Shown here: piece by piece, positions 18,082 to 29,172 of the stretch
Layout of the letters: every line of letters begins with the position of its first letter
Position numbering within the stretch: the stretch's first letter is position 1
NCBI GenBank assembly: GCA_038243585.1
Contig: JBBSQY010000006.1
Location: forward strand, 1-64,000
Reading direction: 5' to 3'
Source: Candidatus Sumerlaeales bacterium
Lineage (GTDB): Bacteria; Sumerlaeota; Sumerlaeia; Sumerlaeales; Sumerlaeaceae
DNA: 64,000 bases
Program-made: the position numbers and the translations under genes
Notes under the pieces: model-generated
Database searches by the model: none
What the model saw: the letters and a program-made list of their open reading frames with translations, nothing else
What the model was told of the DNA's origin: nothing

Positions 18082-19506
18082 CTAATAGATCCCCCGGATC
18101 AGGAAGTAGAGCATGTCCGGGAATATGGAAAAAATAACGACTGCTGCAGCTGAAGCGATTAGGACAGCATTCTGAAAGCTAGAAGTCTGCTCTGTTTCGG
18201 AACGTGGGTTCATTTCCGGAGAAACCATATAGAGATGAACTATTATCCGCACATAGTAGAAGAGTCCTATGGCACTTCCAATTAGTCCGATAATCGCCAA
18301 CTTTAGAAATCCAGCTTTAAAAGCCGTTGAAAACAAGTAGAGCTTGCCCCAGAATCCAATGCTGAGAGGGAGACCTGCCAGACTGATTACAAAAAGCAGC
18401 AGACAGGCCGCAGGGATTGGTCGGGTTCTGCCCAGACCGTGCAAGTCGTTTAGCGAAACCACCGTTTGCGAGCGCATTGCGCCAAGGGCAGTAAAGGCTC
18501 CCAAAGCGGAAATCCCATATACAAAAATGTAAAAAACGATAGCGCCTTCAGCAGTCATAGTAGCCGGTAGGGAAGCAGGCAGTTCCGTTTTAATAGTCAG
18601 GAATCCAAGAAGGAGGTATCCAACATGAGCTATGGAGGAATAGGCCAAAATGCGTTTGACACGGGTTTCTCGCAACCCCAGCAGATTTCCGACGATCATG
18701 CTTCCGGCGCATAGGGCGGCAATAATAAGGAAGTGTGAATTAAGCAAAAATGAAAAGGGCAAAAGAGCAGCTATGGCGGCACCTTTTGACGCGGAAGCTA
18801 TCAGGCCGGCTGCGGAAGACGGCGCGGCTTCGTAAACGTCTGGAGCCCACATATGAAAGGGAACAGCGGCAAGCTTAAAACCGACGCCAACTAGGAACAT
18901 TCCGTAACCAAACAGCGCGATTAACGGCATTGTTACGCCTTCTGTAGAGGCTCTCAGTTCGGCAATTGATAAGGTTCCGTAAACCGCGTAGACTAATGCC
19001 ATGCCGTATGCCAGAAATGCACTGCCCACGCCGGCTAATACAAGATACATGACTCCACCGCGCAGACTGAGGCGACTGGTGTATTTGAAACCTACCATTA
19101 TGTACAGAGTTAAAGATAGAACTTCAATTCCTAGAAAGAGAGCGGCAAGGTTTCCCACACGGGCAAGTACGACGGAACCCAATGCGGCAAACAAGAGTAA
19201 TGCAAACCACTCTCCAGCAGAAGTATCGGGGATAGGGCTTGTAAGGACAGCCCACGCAACAAGGCTCAGGAGCACCAGAGAAACCGACGTAGTAAATGGC
19301 GTAGCCAAAGTCCAGCCGTCTACGGAAAGCCCGAACTTGCCGGACGTGTAGATAAGAGCAGCAGAGGCAGCCGCAATTGCAAAAATAGAAATCCAGCGGA
19401 GCAAATCGCGCATTGGCCCGGACTGCGCCAATGTAGATACTATAAGGAGAACAACCGCTGAGACAGAAAGGATGGCTTCAGGGAGCACATTTAGCCAGGA
19501 TATCAT
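18082..19506 (-). CDS. nuoN: NADH-quinone oxidoreductase subunit N
   Basis: GFKLAAVPFHMWAPDVYEAAP, KRILAYSSIAHVGY; last gene of the operon. Confidence 0.95.
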   Translation of the reverse strand: MISWLNVLPEAILSVSAVVLLIVSTLAQSGPMRDLLRWISIFAIAAASAALIYTSGKFGLSVDGWTLATPFTTSVSLVLLSLVAWAVLTSPIPDTSAGEWFALLLFAALGSVVLARVGNLAALFLGIEVLSLTLYIMVGFKYTSRLSLRGGVMYLVLAGVGSAFLAYGMALVYAVYGTLSIAELRASTEGVTMPLIALFGYGMFLVGVGFKLAAVPFHMWAPDVYEAAPSSAAGLIASASKGAAIAALLPFSFLLNSHFLIIAALCAGSMIVGNLLGLRETRVKRILAYSSIAHVGYLLLGFLTIKTELPASLPATMTAEGAIVFYIFVYGISALGAFTALGAMRSQTVVSLNDLHGLGRTRPIPAACLLLFVISLAGLPLSIGFWGKLYLFSTAFKAGFLKLAIIGLIGSAIGLFYYVRIIVHLYMVSPEMNPRSETEQTSSFQNAVLIASAAAVVIFSIFPDMLYFLIRGIY

Positions 19507-21065
19507 TGTTCGGCCTCCTGAAGTAAGGCTGCATCAGCAACTGTAATAGGCAAAGTAGAATGATGGCTTAACATAATATGATTAGAAGAATAATTCGTTT
19601 CAGACAGATTTCGCATTCGGGTTTCGATGCCGGTAGGTAGTGTTCCTGTGTTTATTGGGGCAGTGATCACAGAAGGGAAAAGGCCCAGTATAATCAGCAT
19701 AATTGCTAATACTGATAAAAGTAGATTTTCTCGACTATTCGTGTCCGGGAAATTTGGTAAAGCTGCTGGTTCTGGTCCGTGCATAGCCGCAGTAAAAAGT
19801 CTTAAGGAATAGAACGCTGCGAAAAGAACGGCCACCGCCGTTAGTCCCCCAATAACCCAATGATATTCCAAGGCAGCTGCAGTGATATATAATTCTCCTA
19901 CGAAGTTGCCCGTTCCAGGGAGCCCAAGCGATGCGAAAGCAAAGAACAAGAAAAACGCTCCCATGGCAGGCGCGATTCGCCAGAGTCCGCCCAACGAATC
20001 AAATTCGCGATCACTGATGCGATGCTGTATAGCACCTGCAATAAGAAACAGTGCTGCGGTGGAAATGCCGTGGCATAGCATCTGTAGAATCGCGCCTTTA
20101 AATCCCTCGTCAGATGCTATAAATATTCCCAGTAGAATGAAGTTGACGTGGCTAAGGCTGGCATATGCGATAAGGCGTTTTATATCTCTTTGGCTGAAGG
20201 CGATCCAGGCGCCATAGAATATACCAGCTAGTGCAAGCCAGATTAGCAATGGCCTGAAATCTGAAAATCCCACCGGTGCAAAACTTTCTCCAATTCGGAA
20301 AAGCCCATAGATTCCCGTTTTAGATAAAACTCCAGAAAGCATCAGACTTCCAGCTGTGGGTGCATTCGGATAGGCATCAATTAGCCAAGTATGAAGGGGG
20401 AGCAGGGGTGCCTTTACCCCAAAACCGATAAGAAAACCAAGAAATACCCACCATTGTTCGCCTTGTGATAGCTGAACCTGGAGCAAGTCATCCATGTGAA
20501 AAGAGGCTACACCGGTGTCAACGATATGGCGATAGTAAAGGTAGAGCATAGAGGAGAGCATAAAAATACTCCCCGTGAAAGTAAAAAGCACGAACTTGAA
20601 TGCCGAGTACTCTTTTCGGCCAGTGCCCCATGATCCGATAAGAAACAACATCGGAATAAGCATAAGTTCCCAGCCCAGGTAAAATAACATTAGATCCCGG
20701 GCAAGAAAAACTATGGTAACTCCCAGTTGAAGAATTAAAAGCCATACGTGGAAACTGGTGACTCGTTCTGTAATTTCTCGCCATGAAACAGCCACAGCAA
20801 AAACGCTCAGAAACGACGTAAGTAAAACCATTAGAGCGGCAATCCAGTCGGCTTGAAGCGCAAAATGCACTCCGAAGCTTGGGATCCACAAGTTGTCCAC
20901 TTCGATTACTGCAAAGCGCGCCTGGGCCGCCAACAGGTATGCTACCTGAAGACTTAGCACCGTACTTATTAACGCGACTACTCTTGCGCCAGTTGCATTG
21001 ACTCTCCCGGCCAGAAGAACAAATAGCGCTCCGGCCAGCGGAATTATTAAAGTTAACATCAACAT
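19503..21065 (-). CDS. nuoM: NADH-quinone oxidoreductase subunit M
   Basis: WELMLIPM, KAPLLPLHTWL, DIKRLIAYAS.SH, SLGLPGTGNFVGE. Confidence 0.95.
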   Translation of the reverse strand: MLMLTLIIPLAGALFVLLAGRVNATGARVVALISTVLSLQVAYLLAAQARFAVIEVDNLWIPSFGVHFALQADWIAALMVLLTSFLSVFAVAVSWREITERVTSFHVWLLILQLGVTIVFLARDLMLFYLGWELMLIPMLFLIGSWGTGRKEYSAFKFVLFTFTGSIFMLSSMLYLYYRHIVDTGVASFHMDDLLQVQLSQGEQWWVFLGFLIGFGVKAPLLPLHTWLIDAYPNAPTAGSLMLSGVLSKTGIYGLFRIGESFAPVGFSDFRPLLIWLALAGIFYGAWIAFSQRDIKRLIAYASLSHVNFILLGIFIASDEGFKGAILQMLCHGISTAALFLIAGAIQHRISDREFDSLGGLWRIAPAMGAFFLFFAFASLGLPGTGNFVGELYITAAALEYHWVIGGLTAVAVLFAAFYSLRLFTAAMHGPEPAALPNFPDTNSRENLLLSVLAIMLIILGLFPSVITAPINTGTLPTGIETRMRNLSETNYSSNHIMLSHHSTLPITVADAALLQEAEQ

Positions 21066-21070
21066 AGTTC

Positions 21071-23062
21071 TTATAAATTCCCCGAGCCAAAAAAGGTTAA
21101 AAGTAAGGCAATCAACGCCGCACCAAAAAGCATTACAGCAGCATAACGGCCTACGCGCCCATTTTGCAGGGTAACAAAGAAGCCGTGAAACAGCTGCAGT
21201 ATTACTGAGCCTGCTTCATAAATACCATCGACTAAATATTCGTCAGTCCAGGACAGCACTTTAGAAATTTTCCTGTAGGGCCGTGTAACAAGGGTGGCGT
21301 ACAAATGGTCAAAATCCCATGCACGGTATAAAAAGTTGGCAACGCCAAATCTGTAGGGCGAGGCCGTTTCGATCCTAATCGCCATAGGATCCATAGCAGG
21401 TTCAGGAATTATGCGACCTTCAACCATTCGCTTTGGACTGAAGAGAACGCTACCTACGAACCATCCGGCAACGGCCAACACAGCACTGACGGCTGCTGCA
21501 ATTATCTCGCCGGTTAAATTATGTGACGGCTCAGAAGCCCAACCTTTGAAGTGAGGCTGGAAATAGTGTTCCCAGTGAAGAAGACCCGGCACGTTTAGAA
21601 AACCGGCAAACAAAGCAAAGACTGCCAGAATATATAGAGGCCATGTTTGGCGGGGTGAAGGCGCGTGCAAGTGATAGTCTGCGCGAGGAGCTCCAAGAAA
21701 TACGACATAAATTAGCCGAGCTGAATAGATTGCAGTAAGGACAGCTGTGGTCAAACCTACCCCGTACAGTAATATATTACCGCGATCTGAGGTAAGTGCT
21801 GACCATAATATAGCATCCTTGCTGAAAAAGCCTGAGGTTAAAGGAATGCCGGCAAGCGCAATGGTGCCCGCGACGGTTGCCAGAAAAACTCCAGGGAGCT
21901 CTTTACGCAGGCCACCCATTTTGAAGATATTCTGTTCGCCATGTAGCGCATGGATTACGCTCCCAGCCGCAAGGAAAAGAAGCGCTTTAAAGAACGCATG
22001 GGTAAAAAAATGAAAAAGCCCGATTGAAAAGGCCCCAACTCCGAGAGCAAGCATCATGAACCCAATTTGGCTTATAGTAGAAAATGCCAGGATCCGTTTG
22101 ATGTCGGTTTGCACGATGGCGCAGGTTGCACCGTAGAACGCAGTCAGGACGCCGATTACAGCGACCACCATCATTAGCTCAGGCGACAGCGCGAACACGA
22201 TGTGAAAGCGGGCAATTAAATAAACTCCGGCGGTTACCATCGTTGCGGCATGTATGAGCGCACTAACAGGGGTTGGGCCAGCCATGGCGTCTGGAAGCCA
22301 TGTTTGTAATGGAAGCTGTGCGCTTTTTCCCGCCGCTCCGCCTAGTAACAATAGACCCGCAATCACCAACAGTTGTCCAAAAGTCAAATTGAACACGGGA
22401 TGTACGATATTAAGATCTGCTAAACCAAACGTTTCGAGCCGCGTAAAATCCACTGTTCCGATCATGGCAAGGAGAAGCACACCGAGGATCAAAAATACGT
22501 CACCGAAGCGTGTGACGAAGAACGCCTTTAACGCTGCAGCGACATTCTCACGTTTCTCGTAATGATGACCAATCAGGGCAAAGGAACAAGCACCAACTCC
22601 CTCCCAGCCGATTAACATAAAGAAGGCATTATCTGCCAACACCAGAATGAGCATCGAGGCAACAAAGAGAGAAAGAAAGCCGAAGTAGCGTCTCTGGCCT
22701 TCTTCGTTTTCCATGTAGGACGTAGAAAACAGGTGGATCAAAAAGCCGACTCCAGTAATTACGAGGGCGAATATACCGCTAACTCGGTCAAGCAATAGCC
22801 CGGCATTAGCCTGCACGAATCCAGCATCCAGCCATTTCCAGCCAATCTGGTGAAAAAAAACTGCTCCCTTACTTGTTGCATTATTGTAAACAATAAATGA
22901 GAATATTGCCCACAAAAAACTCATGGCAACGCCAGTTGTGGCTATCCACCCTGCAGAACGTGGTCTGATGGAACCGGAGAAGATAAAAATTAATAGAGCA
23001 GCAAGAGCGGGTAATCCGGGAATTAACCAAAGCGACGGGTAAATGGAAGTCATCGTGTCCAT
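21071..23062 (-). CDS. nuoL: NADH-quinone oxidoreductase subunit L
   Basis: GKSAQLPLQTWLPDAMAGPTPVSALIHAATMVTAG, HAFFKALLFL. Confidence 0.96.
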   Translation of the reverse strand: MDTMTSIYPSLWLIPGLPALAALLIFIFSGSIRPRSAGWIATTGVAMSFLWAIFSFIVYNNATSKGAVFFHQIGWKWLDAGFVQANAGLLLDRVSGIFALVITGVGFLIHLFSTSYMENEEGQRRYFGFLSLFVASMLILVLADNAFFMLIGWEGVGACSFALIGHHYEKRENVAAALKAFFVTRFGDVFLILGVLLLAMIGTVDFTRLETFGLADLNIVHPVFNLTFGQLLVIAGLLLLGGAAGKSAQLPLQTWLPDAMAGPTPVSALIHAATMVTAGVYLIARFHIVFALSPELMMVVAVIGVLTAFYGATCAIVQTDIKRILAFSTISQIGFMMLALGVGAFSIGLFHFFTHAFFKALLFLAAGSVIHALHGEQNIFKMGGLRKELPGVFLATVAGTIALAGIPLTSGFFSKDAILWSALTSDRGNILLYGVGLTTAVLTAIYSARLIYVVFLGAPRADYHLHAPSPRQTWPLYILAVFALFAGFLNVPGLLHWEHYFQPHFKGWASEPSHNLTGEIIAAAVSAVLAVAGWFVGSVLFSPKRMVEGRIIPEPAMDPMAIRIETASPYRFGVANFLYRAWDFDHLYATLVTRPYRKISKVLSWTDEYLVDGIYEAGSVILQLFHGFFVTLQNGRVGRYAAVMLFGAALIALLLTFFGSGNL

Positions 23063-23065
23063 GGG

Positions 23066-23371
23066 TTATTCTCCGGCTGCATCAGCAATGGACCAGAGAT
23101 CCAGCGTTTGAAATTTGCGATAGATTAGGACGGCCAGGGCCAGGCCGATAGCGACTTCTGCCGCCGCAACGGGCAGGATAAACAAGAAAAATATTTGTCC
23201 GTCAGGTTCTCCGTGAAGTGCTGAACCTGCAACAAATGCAAGCCCTGCCGCATTGAGCATTACTTCCATGCTCATGAGAACAAACAGGAGGTTGCGGCGC
23301 ACGATCACGCCTGTAACACCGATGAAAAATAATATAGTGGCAACAACGAGGGCAGGTTCAGCGAAGGGCAA
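23066..23371 (-). CDS. nuoK: NADH-quinone oxidoreductase subunit K
   Basis: RRNLLFVLMSMEVMLNA, VAAAEVAIGLAL. Confidence 0.95.
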   Translation of the reverse strand: MPFAEPALVVATILFFIGVTGVIVRRNLLFVLMSMEVMLNAAGLAFVAGSALHGEPDGQIFFLFILPVAAAEVAIGLALAVLIYRKFQTLDLWSIADAAGE

Positions 23372-23906
23372 CTTTCACCTCCGTCTCGTCCTGAATTCCG
23401 GCTGCGCGTCCAAGATGCATACCACCGACAATTCCAATCAAGAGTATTAGCGATGCAAGCTCTACACCAAGATAATGGTGTGTAAACAAGGCGATTCCCA
23501 GTTCTCGCGCAGAAACCACGTTGGTGGCTTCAGTTCCAACCATGCTGCCGGAACGGAGTAGTGCCAGCACAACCACAATTACCAGAATCGTGGAAAGCAG
23601 AGCTGGAAAAATAAGCTGAATCAAAGACGGCCTCTGAATATCCGGCATAGTGGCGGGGGATCCCGCTGGGCTAAGCATCTGAACCACAAAAAGAAACAGC
23701 ACCATAATTGCCCCGGCATAGACAATCACCTCCAGGGCAGCCAGAAACGGCGCGCCCAGAGTGTAGAAAATCATGGAAACTCCAAACAGGGACAAAATTA
23801 GGTAAAGTACTGCGTAAAAAGGGTTTCGGCTAATAATAACAATTAGTGTAGCTGCTATCGCAACAAAAGAGGATGCCCAGAATATGGATGCGTCTAGAAA
23901 GGTCAC
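23358..23906 (-). CDS. nuoJ: NADH-quinone oxidoreductase subunit J
   Basis: LGAPFLAALEVIVYAGAIMVLFLFVV, ELASLILL. Confidence 0.95.
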   Translation of the reverse strand: MTFLDASIFWASSFVAIAATLIVIISRNPFYAVLYLILSLFGVSMIFYTLGAPFLAALEVIVYAGAIMVLFLFVVQMLSPAGSPATMPDIQRPSLIQLIFPALLSTILVIVVVLALLRSGSMVGTEATNVVSARELGIALFTHHYLGVELASLILLIGIVGGMHLGRAAGIQDETEVKVALR

Positions 23907-24430
23907 GGCAGGTTGCTCCGATAGTTCGACGGGGGATTTTCTTCAATTCCTTCCCCTTTGCCTTTTCCTGCAATGGCTACACCAGCAACCTTCCAATAAT
24001 TATAATCCGGATGTTTTCCAGTGCCGCTGATCTGCAGGTCCTCTTTGTGATAAAGAAGGTTGCTGCGCGTCGTCGTAGACATCTCAAAATCCGGTGTAAG
24101 TTGTATGGCGTATGTAGGACAAGCCTCTTCGCAAAACCCACAAAAGATGCAACGGGCGAAATTAATATCAAACTTCTTAGCCACACGACGCCCGTCCGGT
24201 CGGTATTCTGACTGCAAATCAATGCAGTTTACCGGGCACACGGCTTGGCACAGGTAACACCCTACGCAACGTTCGTCACCGCTGGGGTCGCTTGTCAGCA
24301 CAATACGACCACGCCACCGGGGCGGGATGATCGGCTTCTCTTCCGGGTAATTAATAGTAATCGGCTTCTTAAACAGATACTTCGCTGTCAGGGCAAGCCC
24401 GGCGAGCATTTCTTTCAAATCGTTAAGCAT
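23903..24430 (-). CDS. nuoI: NADH-quinone oxidoreductase subunit I
   Basis: Two 4Fe-4S motifs, CVGCYLCQAVCP and CIFCGFCEEACP. Confidence 0.96.
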   Translation of the reverse strand: MLNDLKEMLAGLALTAKYLFKKPITINYPEEKPIIPPRWRGRIVLTSDPSGDERCVGCYLCQAVCPVNCIDLQSEYRPDGRRVAKKFDINFARCIFCGFCEEACPTYAIQLTPDFEMSTTTRSNLLYHKEDLQISGTGKHPDYNYWKVAGVAIAGKGKGEGIEENPPSNYRSNLP

Positions 24431-24439
24431 AATATTTAA

Positions 24440-25510
24440 TCATCTTCCTGCCATGCCGCCAATATCCGGAGCTACCAACACAATAATAATAGTGATAACT
24501 AGGTTTAATATCGAGAGGGGGATGAGGACTTTCCATCCAAGTTCCATAAGGTGATCAAATCGAAACCTGGGATAGGTTGCCCTGATCCAGATAAAAAAGA
24601 ACAATAGCGCCACGACCTTTAGTACTAGCCATAGAGGTCCTAGCCAATCTGGACCGATTCCCTGCCAGCCACCAAGGTACAGAATTGCTATGATCGCACT
24701 TAGAAGTAAAACCCCAATGTATTCTCCCAGGAAGAAAAGCGCGAACTTCATACTGCTATACTCAGTGTGAAAGCCAGCTACGATTTCATTTTCCGCTTCC
24801 GGAAGATCAAATGGGGTGCGGCGTGATTCCGCAACAGCAGATATGAGGAAAATTAAAAACCCCAGTGGCTGCAACGCCAAAAACCAAAGCGGCTGTTGCG
24901 CTTTAACAATGTCATTGAGATTTAGAGAGCCAGCCAGTATAACGACAGCTAAAAGGCTCATACTCAGGCTGAGCTCATAGCTGATCATCTGAGCAGTAGC
25001 CCTCAAACCGCCCAATAACGCGTACTTACTATTAGACGCCCAGCCAGCTAAAACGATACTATATACTGCAATTGAACTGAGCGCCAAAAACAAAAGGACC
25101 CCTATATTACTATTGGACAAAGAAAACCAATGGCTAATTTCAGGATTCCCAAAGGGGATAATCCCAAGCCCAAGCAAGCCCGTAATGGTAATAATCATGG
25201 GGGCTATAACAAACAGGACCTTATTTGCAAAAGGAGGCATTGAGTCCTCTTTTGTAAGCAATTTCAAAACGTCTGCAATCGGATGCAGGTTAAGAAAAGG
25301 AACCTTGAACTTCCCGATATAAAGGCGAGCACGGTTCGGACCGACTCTATGTTGTAGTCTTGCGATTACTCGGCGTTCAAACAGGACGATGTACCCGGTA
25401 ATACCGAAGATAAACATCATGATAAACACGCCCTTTACAACCGCTACAAGGGCTTGTTGCCACGTTTCCAATTGAATAAGGGATGTGTAGGTGAGCCATT
25501 CTAGGTTCAT
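24440..25510 (-). CDS. nuoH: NADH-quinone oxidoreductase subunit H
   Basis: ERRVIARLQHRVGPNR, AQMISYE, RTPFDLPEAENE, YPRFRFDHLM. Confidence 0.96.
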   Translation of the reverse strand: MNLEWLTYTSLIQLETWQQALVAVVKGVFIMMFIFGITGYIVLFERRVIARLQHRVGPNRARLYIGKFKVPFLNLHPIADVLKLLTKEDSMPPFANKVLFVIAPMIITITGLLGLGIIPFGNPEISHWFSLSNSNIGVLLFLALSSIAVYSIVLAGWASNSKYALLGGLRATAQMISYELSLSMSLLAVVILAGSLNLNDIVKAQQPLWFLALQPLGFLIFLISAVAESRRTPFDLPEAENEIVAGFHTEYSSMKFALFFLGEYIGVLLLSAIIAILYLGGWQGIGPDWLGPLWLVLKVVALLFFFIWIRATYPRFRFDHLMELGWKVLIPLSILNLVITIIIVLVAPDIGGMAGR

Positions 25511-27843
25511 AGAAGCGCCTCAGCGTCTGCCGTCCGCTTAAGATTAATAAAAACTGGCACGGCAACTGTCCCTTTTGCCAGTTTATCATTGATTCGCAGG
25601 GGAGCCGCAATTCCACACTGATTAGTCAAATCATAATGGGCACCGTCGCTAAGACCTTTTGCCTCTGCGTCTTCGGGATTCATTTCAATGACAAACTCAG
25701 GAGCGCGTTCTTTCATAGCCGTGCTAAGCGAACTGAGTTCCTCGCTACCAAAGGTGTGGTATACATGCCACAGGCGAAGGTCTAAATCGGCGTCGTTGTC
25801 TTTTTGATTCTTACGCGACGGAGGGGGGAGCTTTGGTGAAGTACGAATAACGCAGCCGTTATCTCCGACTCGCAGGCGATCCATATGCAGGTTGCTTTCA
25901 CGCGTCACATCGTAAATATCCTGAAAATCAGTCCCGCCGATCATGTCTTCAATCTCAGCGTGTTGGATAAGCGCAGTCAACACTTCGCTAGCCGCCAGAT
26001 TAACATGACTTGGAAGATGCATGCCATCATAAGCCTGCGCACGGCACTCGTAATTTACGAGGGTTCCGAAACTCTGATAATGAGAGACGCATGGCAGAAC
26101 TGCGTGGGAGGCTTGGACCGTTTGGGTTTCAATGGAATCGATGGTAACCACAAATTCAAGCTGAGACAGCCACGGCGGAAGATTCCCTTGAGTAGTAGCG
26201 GCGAGATCTCTTTCACAAATGACAAGTGCTTTGACTCGTCCGCCTTCGATATCAGCCATGACGGAATCAGGATTTTCATCATTTCTGACAAGTGCAACGC
26301 CAGCCGAGTTCACCGCAGGGAAAAAGTAGGCCAAGCTACACGTGCGGCTTCCATAAGCCGTTGTAGCCTTTGCCAGAGAAAAAGCTGCTTCTATCAGGCT
26401 AGGGTCGTCATGTAGAACACTACAAATTATAAGGGGTTTTTTTGCTTTTTGAAGAGCTGCGGCTACAGTGTGAACAAAATTGTCTTCGGTCGCTTCTGTT
26501 CCGGCGGGTACACTTCCAATAAAGGAGGCAATTGTTGCTTCTTCACCAGGTACGCAACGCCAGGAAGCACGGGCAAACTGATCAAGCTCGCCGGCTCTTG
26601 GAGAGCAAATAAACAACGGATTACCCTTTGCGATAGATTGACGCACCGCGAGATCCATCATTGGCGCTTCAGCTGTAAGATCGCCTCCGAGTACCATAAT
26701 AAAATCCGCTTGCTCAATTTCTGTAAGAGTTGGTACTGAGACTTCGCCGCTGGCCGTTATAGAGGCTGCCCGCCGAACAGCAGCACGTCTGTCCTGATTA
26801 TCAAAATAGCAAACTCTGTTACTCCCAAGGCCTTTCATGAGGAGCTGTAGTGCGGCATTAGCTTCCAGACTTGACCGTTCGCTCCCAAAGCCAACAATCG
26901 ATGCAGGGCCGTGCTGTCGGGCGATTTCCTTTAATCTATCAGCCACGGATTTTAATGCCACATCTAATTCTGTGACCGAACCTTCTACTCGTGCTTCAGT
27001 AAGCCGAGTCTCATGGTTAACAAATTCGCCGCCGTAGCGCCCACGATCACACATAAAGAACCGGTTAACCGCCGGCTGCTCTGCTGGTTTGATACGGCGG
27101 AGTGTATCGTTTCTGTAGCCTGGCAAAACATTACATCCCACGCTGCAGCTTGGACATACACTTCTGGTAGTTTGCAAGTCCCATGGCCGAGAATAGTGCG
27201 TTCTAAACTGCTTATCTGTGAAAACCCCGGTAGGGCATATGTCTACAAGATTTCCGGAAAATTCGCTTTGCAATGTTCCATCTTCAACACGACCAAAATA
27301 AAGCCTGTCGCGGCTGCCAAACACTCCGAAATCATCGCCTAGCGCGTAATCCCTGTAATAGCGGACGCAGCGATAGCACTGGATACATCGGTTCATCTCA
27401 TGATAAACAAAGGGTCCAAGGTCCTGATTTACCCACGTGCGCTTCGGAAACCGGTCGCGGCGATGTTGCTGCTCAGTCAGGACGATCATATCTTGCAACA
27501 TGCACTCACCGCCCTCGTCGCACACTGGGCAATCATGAGGATGGTGTAACATCAGATCTTCACTAACTTGCTTGCGAAACTTGAGGGCATAGTCGTCATT
27601 TACGCTGACTATCATTCCCTCGGAAGCACGAACCATACAACTCATCTCAAGGCGGGCCGGCTTATCCGGTCCCGGGGCAATCATGCATGCACACATTCGA
27701 CATGCTCCGGCCGGTCCCAGAGCCTCATGGTAACAGAAGTGCGGTATGATCTGTCCTTCATCAAGGACTGCCTGCAAAATATTTGTGCCGGCGTCGACCT
27801 CACGCACAACACCATCAATCGTAATTTTAACTTTATCTGCCAT
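25507..27843 (-). CDS. nuoG: NADH-quinone oxidoreductase subunit G (long form with N7 cluster motif)
   Basis: IPHFCYH..GACRMC, HPHDCPVCDEGGEC, CIQCYRC, CPSCSVGC...CDRGR. Confidence 0.96.
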   Translation of the reverse strand: MADKVKITIDGVVREVDAGTNILQAVLDEGQIIPHFCYHEALGPAGACRMCACMIAPGPDKPARLEMSCMVRASEGMIVSVNDDYALKFRKQVSEDLMLHHPHDCPVCDEGGECMLQDMIVLTEQQHRRDRFPKRTWVNQDLGPFVYHEMNRCIQCYRCVRYYRDYALGDDFGVFGSRDRLYFGRVEDGTLQSEFSGNLVDICPTGVFTDKQFRTHYSRPWDLQTTRSVCPSCSVGCNVLPGYRNDTLRRIKPAEQPAVNRFFMCDRGRYGGEFVNHETRLTEARVEGSVTELDVALKSVADRLKEIARQHGPASIVGFGSERSSLEANAALQLLMKGLGSNRVCYFDNQDRRAAVRRAASITASGEVSVPTLTEIEQADFIMVLGGDLTAEAPMMDLAVRQSIAKGNPLFICSPRAGELDQFARASWRCVPGEEATIASFIGSVPAGTEATEDNFVHTVAAALQKAKKPLIICSVLHDDPSLIEAAFSLAKATTAYGSRTCSLAYFFPAVNSAGVALVRNDENPDSVMADIEGGRVKALVICERDLAATTQGNLPPWLSQLEFVVTIDSIETQTVQASHAVLPCVSHYQSFGTLVNYECRAQAYDGMHLPSHVNLAASEVLTALIQHAEIEDMIGGTDFQDIYDVTRESNLHMDRLRVGDNGCVIRTSPKLPPPSRKNQKDNDADLDLRLWHVYHTFGSEELSSLSTAMKERAPEFVIEMNPEDAEAKGLSDGAHYDLTNQCGIAAPLRINDKLAKGTVAVPVFINLKRTADAEALL

Positions 27844-27855
27844 AATAATTAGTAA

Positions 27856-29172
27856 TTATACCCCCGCCTTCTGGAATTGGGGCGATTTTTCTTCTTGGGG
27901 AGATGCGGAGCCATAAAGTTTGTTTGAGTCTATTTTAGCATCAAATTCATGACGATATATGGTAATAGCACTTAGCAAGGGACCCTGTGCCCCAGGCGCA
28001 AAAGCGCAGAAAGTATGCAAAATGTGTTTGGACATATCATCGAGCACCTCCATGTCAGTTGGCATGCCGCGCCCCTCCGCGATAGCCTTCACAATTTGGT
28101 AAATCCAGGGAATACCTTCCCGACACGGCGTACAGAAGCCACAGCTCTCTCGAGCATAAAACTTCATGATGTTTGCCGTGGCAGCCACCATACAGTCCTG
28201 TTCGTCAAATGCTATAATGCCGGCAGTCCCCATGCGGGACCCAACTTTGGCCACAGTATCGTAATCCATTGGTGTGTCAAACTGATCAGGAACAAGCAGG
28301 GGAGTAGAGAGACCACCGGGGATAATACATTTCCAGGCAACGCGGCTGGGTCCACCTGCATACTCTTCCATTATTTCGCGGGTGCTCGTACCAAGAGGAA
28401 GCTCCCAGAGACCTGGTCGCTTAAACCGGCCGCTGGCACCCATGATTTTTGTTCCGGCATTTCCCGTGAGACCAAGACCATTAAACCACTCAGCGCCATT
28501 GGCGAAGATGTGAGGCATATTGCTAAACGTCTCGACGTTGTTTACAATTGTAGGCTGACCGAGAAAACCACGAACTTGTGGAAACGGAGGCTTACTGCGC
28601 GGATTAGCGCGCTTTCCTTCCAACGCATTTAAAAGGGCCGTTTCTTCTCCACAAATGTAACGACCTGCGCTGAGGTGAGTTTCCAGATGAAAGTCAAAAC
28701 CGCTGCCCAGAATGTTTTTCCCGAGAAGGTTTTTGGCTTCGGCCTCAGCAATAGCTTTATCAAGAATTGCAGATCCGCTGCGATACTCAAGACGGACAAA
28801 TATAAATCCCTTTGTCATTTGCATGGCGTACGCAGATATAAGCATGCCTTCGATCAACTGATGCGGATCGTTTTGAATCAGGGCCCGATCTTTAAATGTG
28901 CCCGGTTCCATTTCATCGCAATTACAGACAAGGTACTTTTGTCCCTCAAAATCCATGGGAACAAAAGACCACTTCATACCGGTCGGAAAGCCTGCACCGC
29001 CTCGGCCGCGCAGATTGCTGTCCTTAACTAACTGCTGAGCTTCCGCAGGAGTCATTTTGAGGGCTTTGCGGAAACCTTCATAACCGCCGTTGCTCGCATA
29101 TTTCTCAAGAAAAACCGGTTCGCCCGGATTCTGCAGATCAAAATTCTTTGTCAGAACCTTAACTTCAGCCAT
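27856..29172 (-). CDS. nuoF: NADH-quinone oxidoreductase subunit F
   Basis: LRGRGGAGFPTG, DEMEPGTFKDR, YICGEETAL, ESCGFCTPCREG. Confidence 0.97.
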   Translation of the reverse strand: MAEVKVLTKNFDLQNPGEPVFLEKYASNGGYEGFRKALKMTPAEAQQLVKDSNLRGRGGAGFPTGMKWSFVPMDFEGQKYLVCNCDEMEPGTFKDRALIQNDPHQLIEGMLISAYAMQMTKGFIFVRLEYRSGSAILDKAIAEAEAKNLLGKNILGSGFDFHLETHLSAGRYICGEETALLNALEGKRANPRSKPPFPQVRGFLGQPTIVNNVETFSNMPHIFANGAEWFNGLGLTGNAGTKIMGASGRFKRPGLWELPLGTSTREIMEEYAGGPSRVAWKCIIPGGLSTPLLVPDQFDTPMDYDTVAKVGSRMGTAGIIAFDEQDCMVAATANIMKFYARESCGFCTPCREGIPWIYQIVKAIAEGRGMPTDMEVLDDMSKHILHTFCAFAPGAQGPLLSAITIYRHEFDAKIDSNKLYGSASPQEEKSPQFQKAGV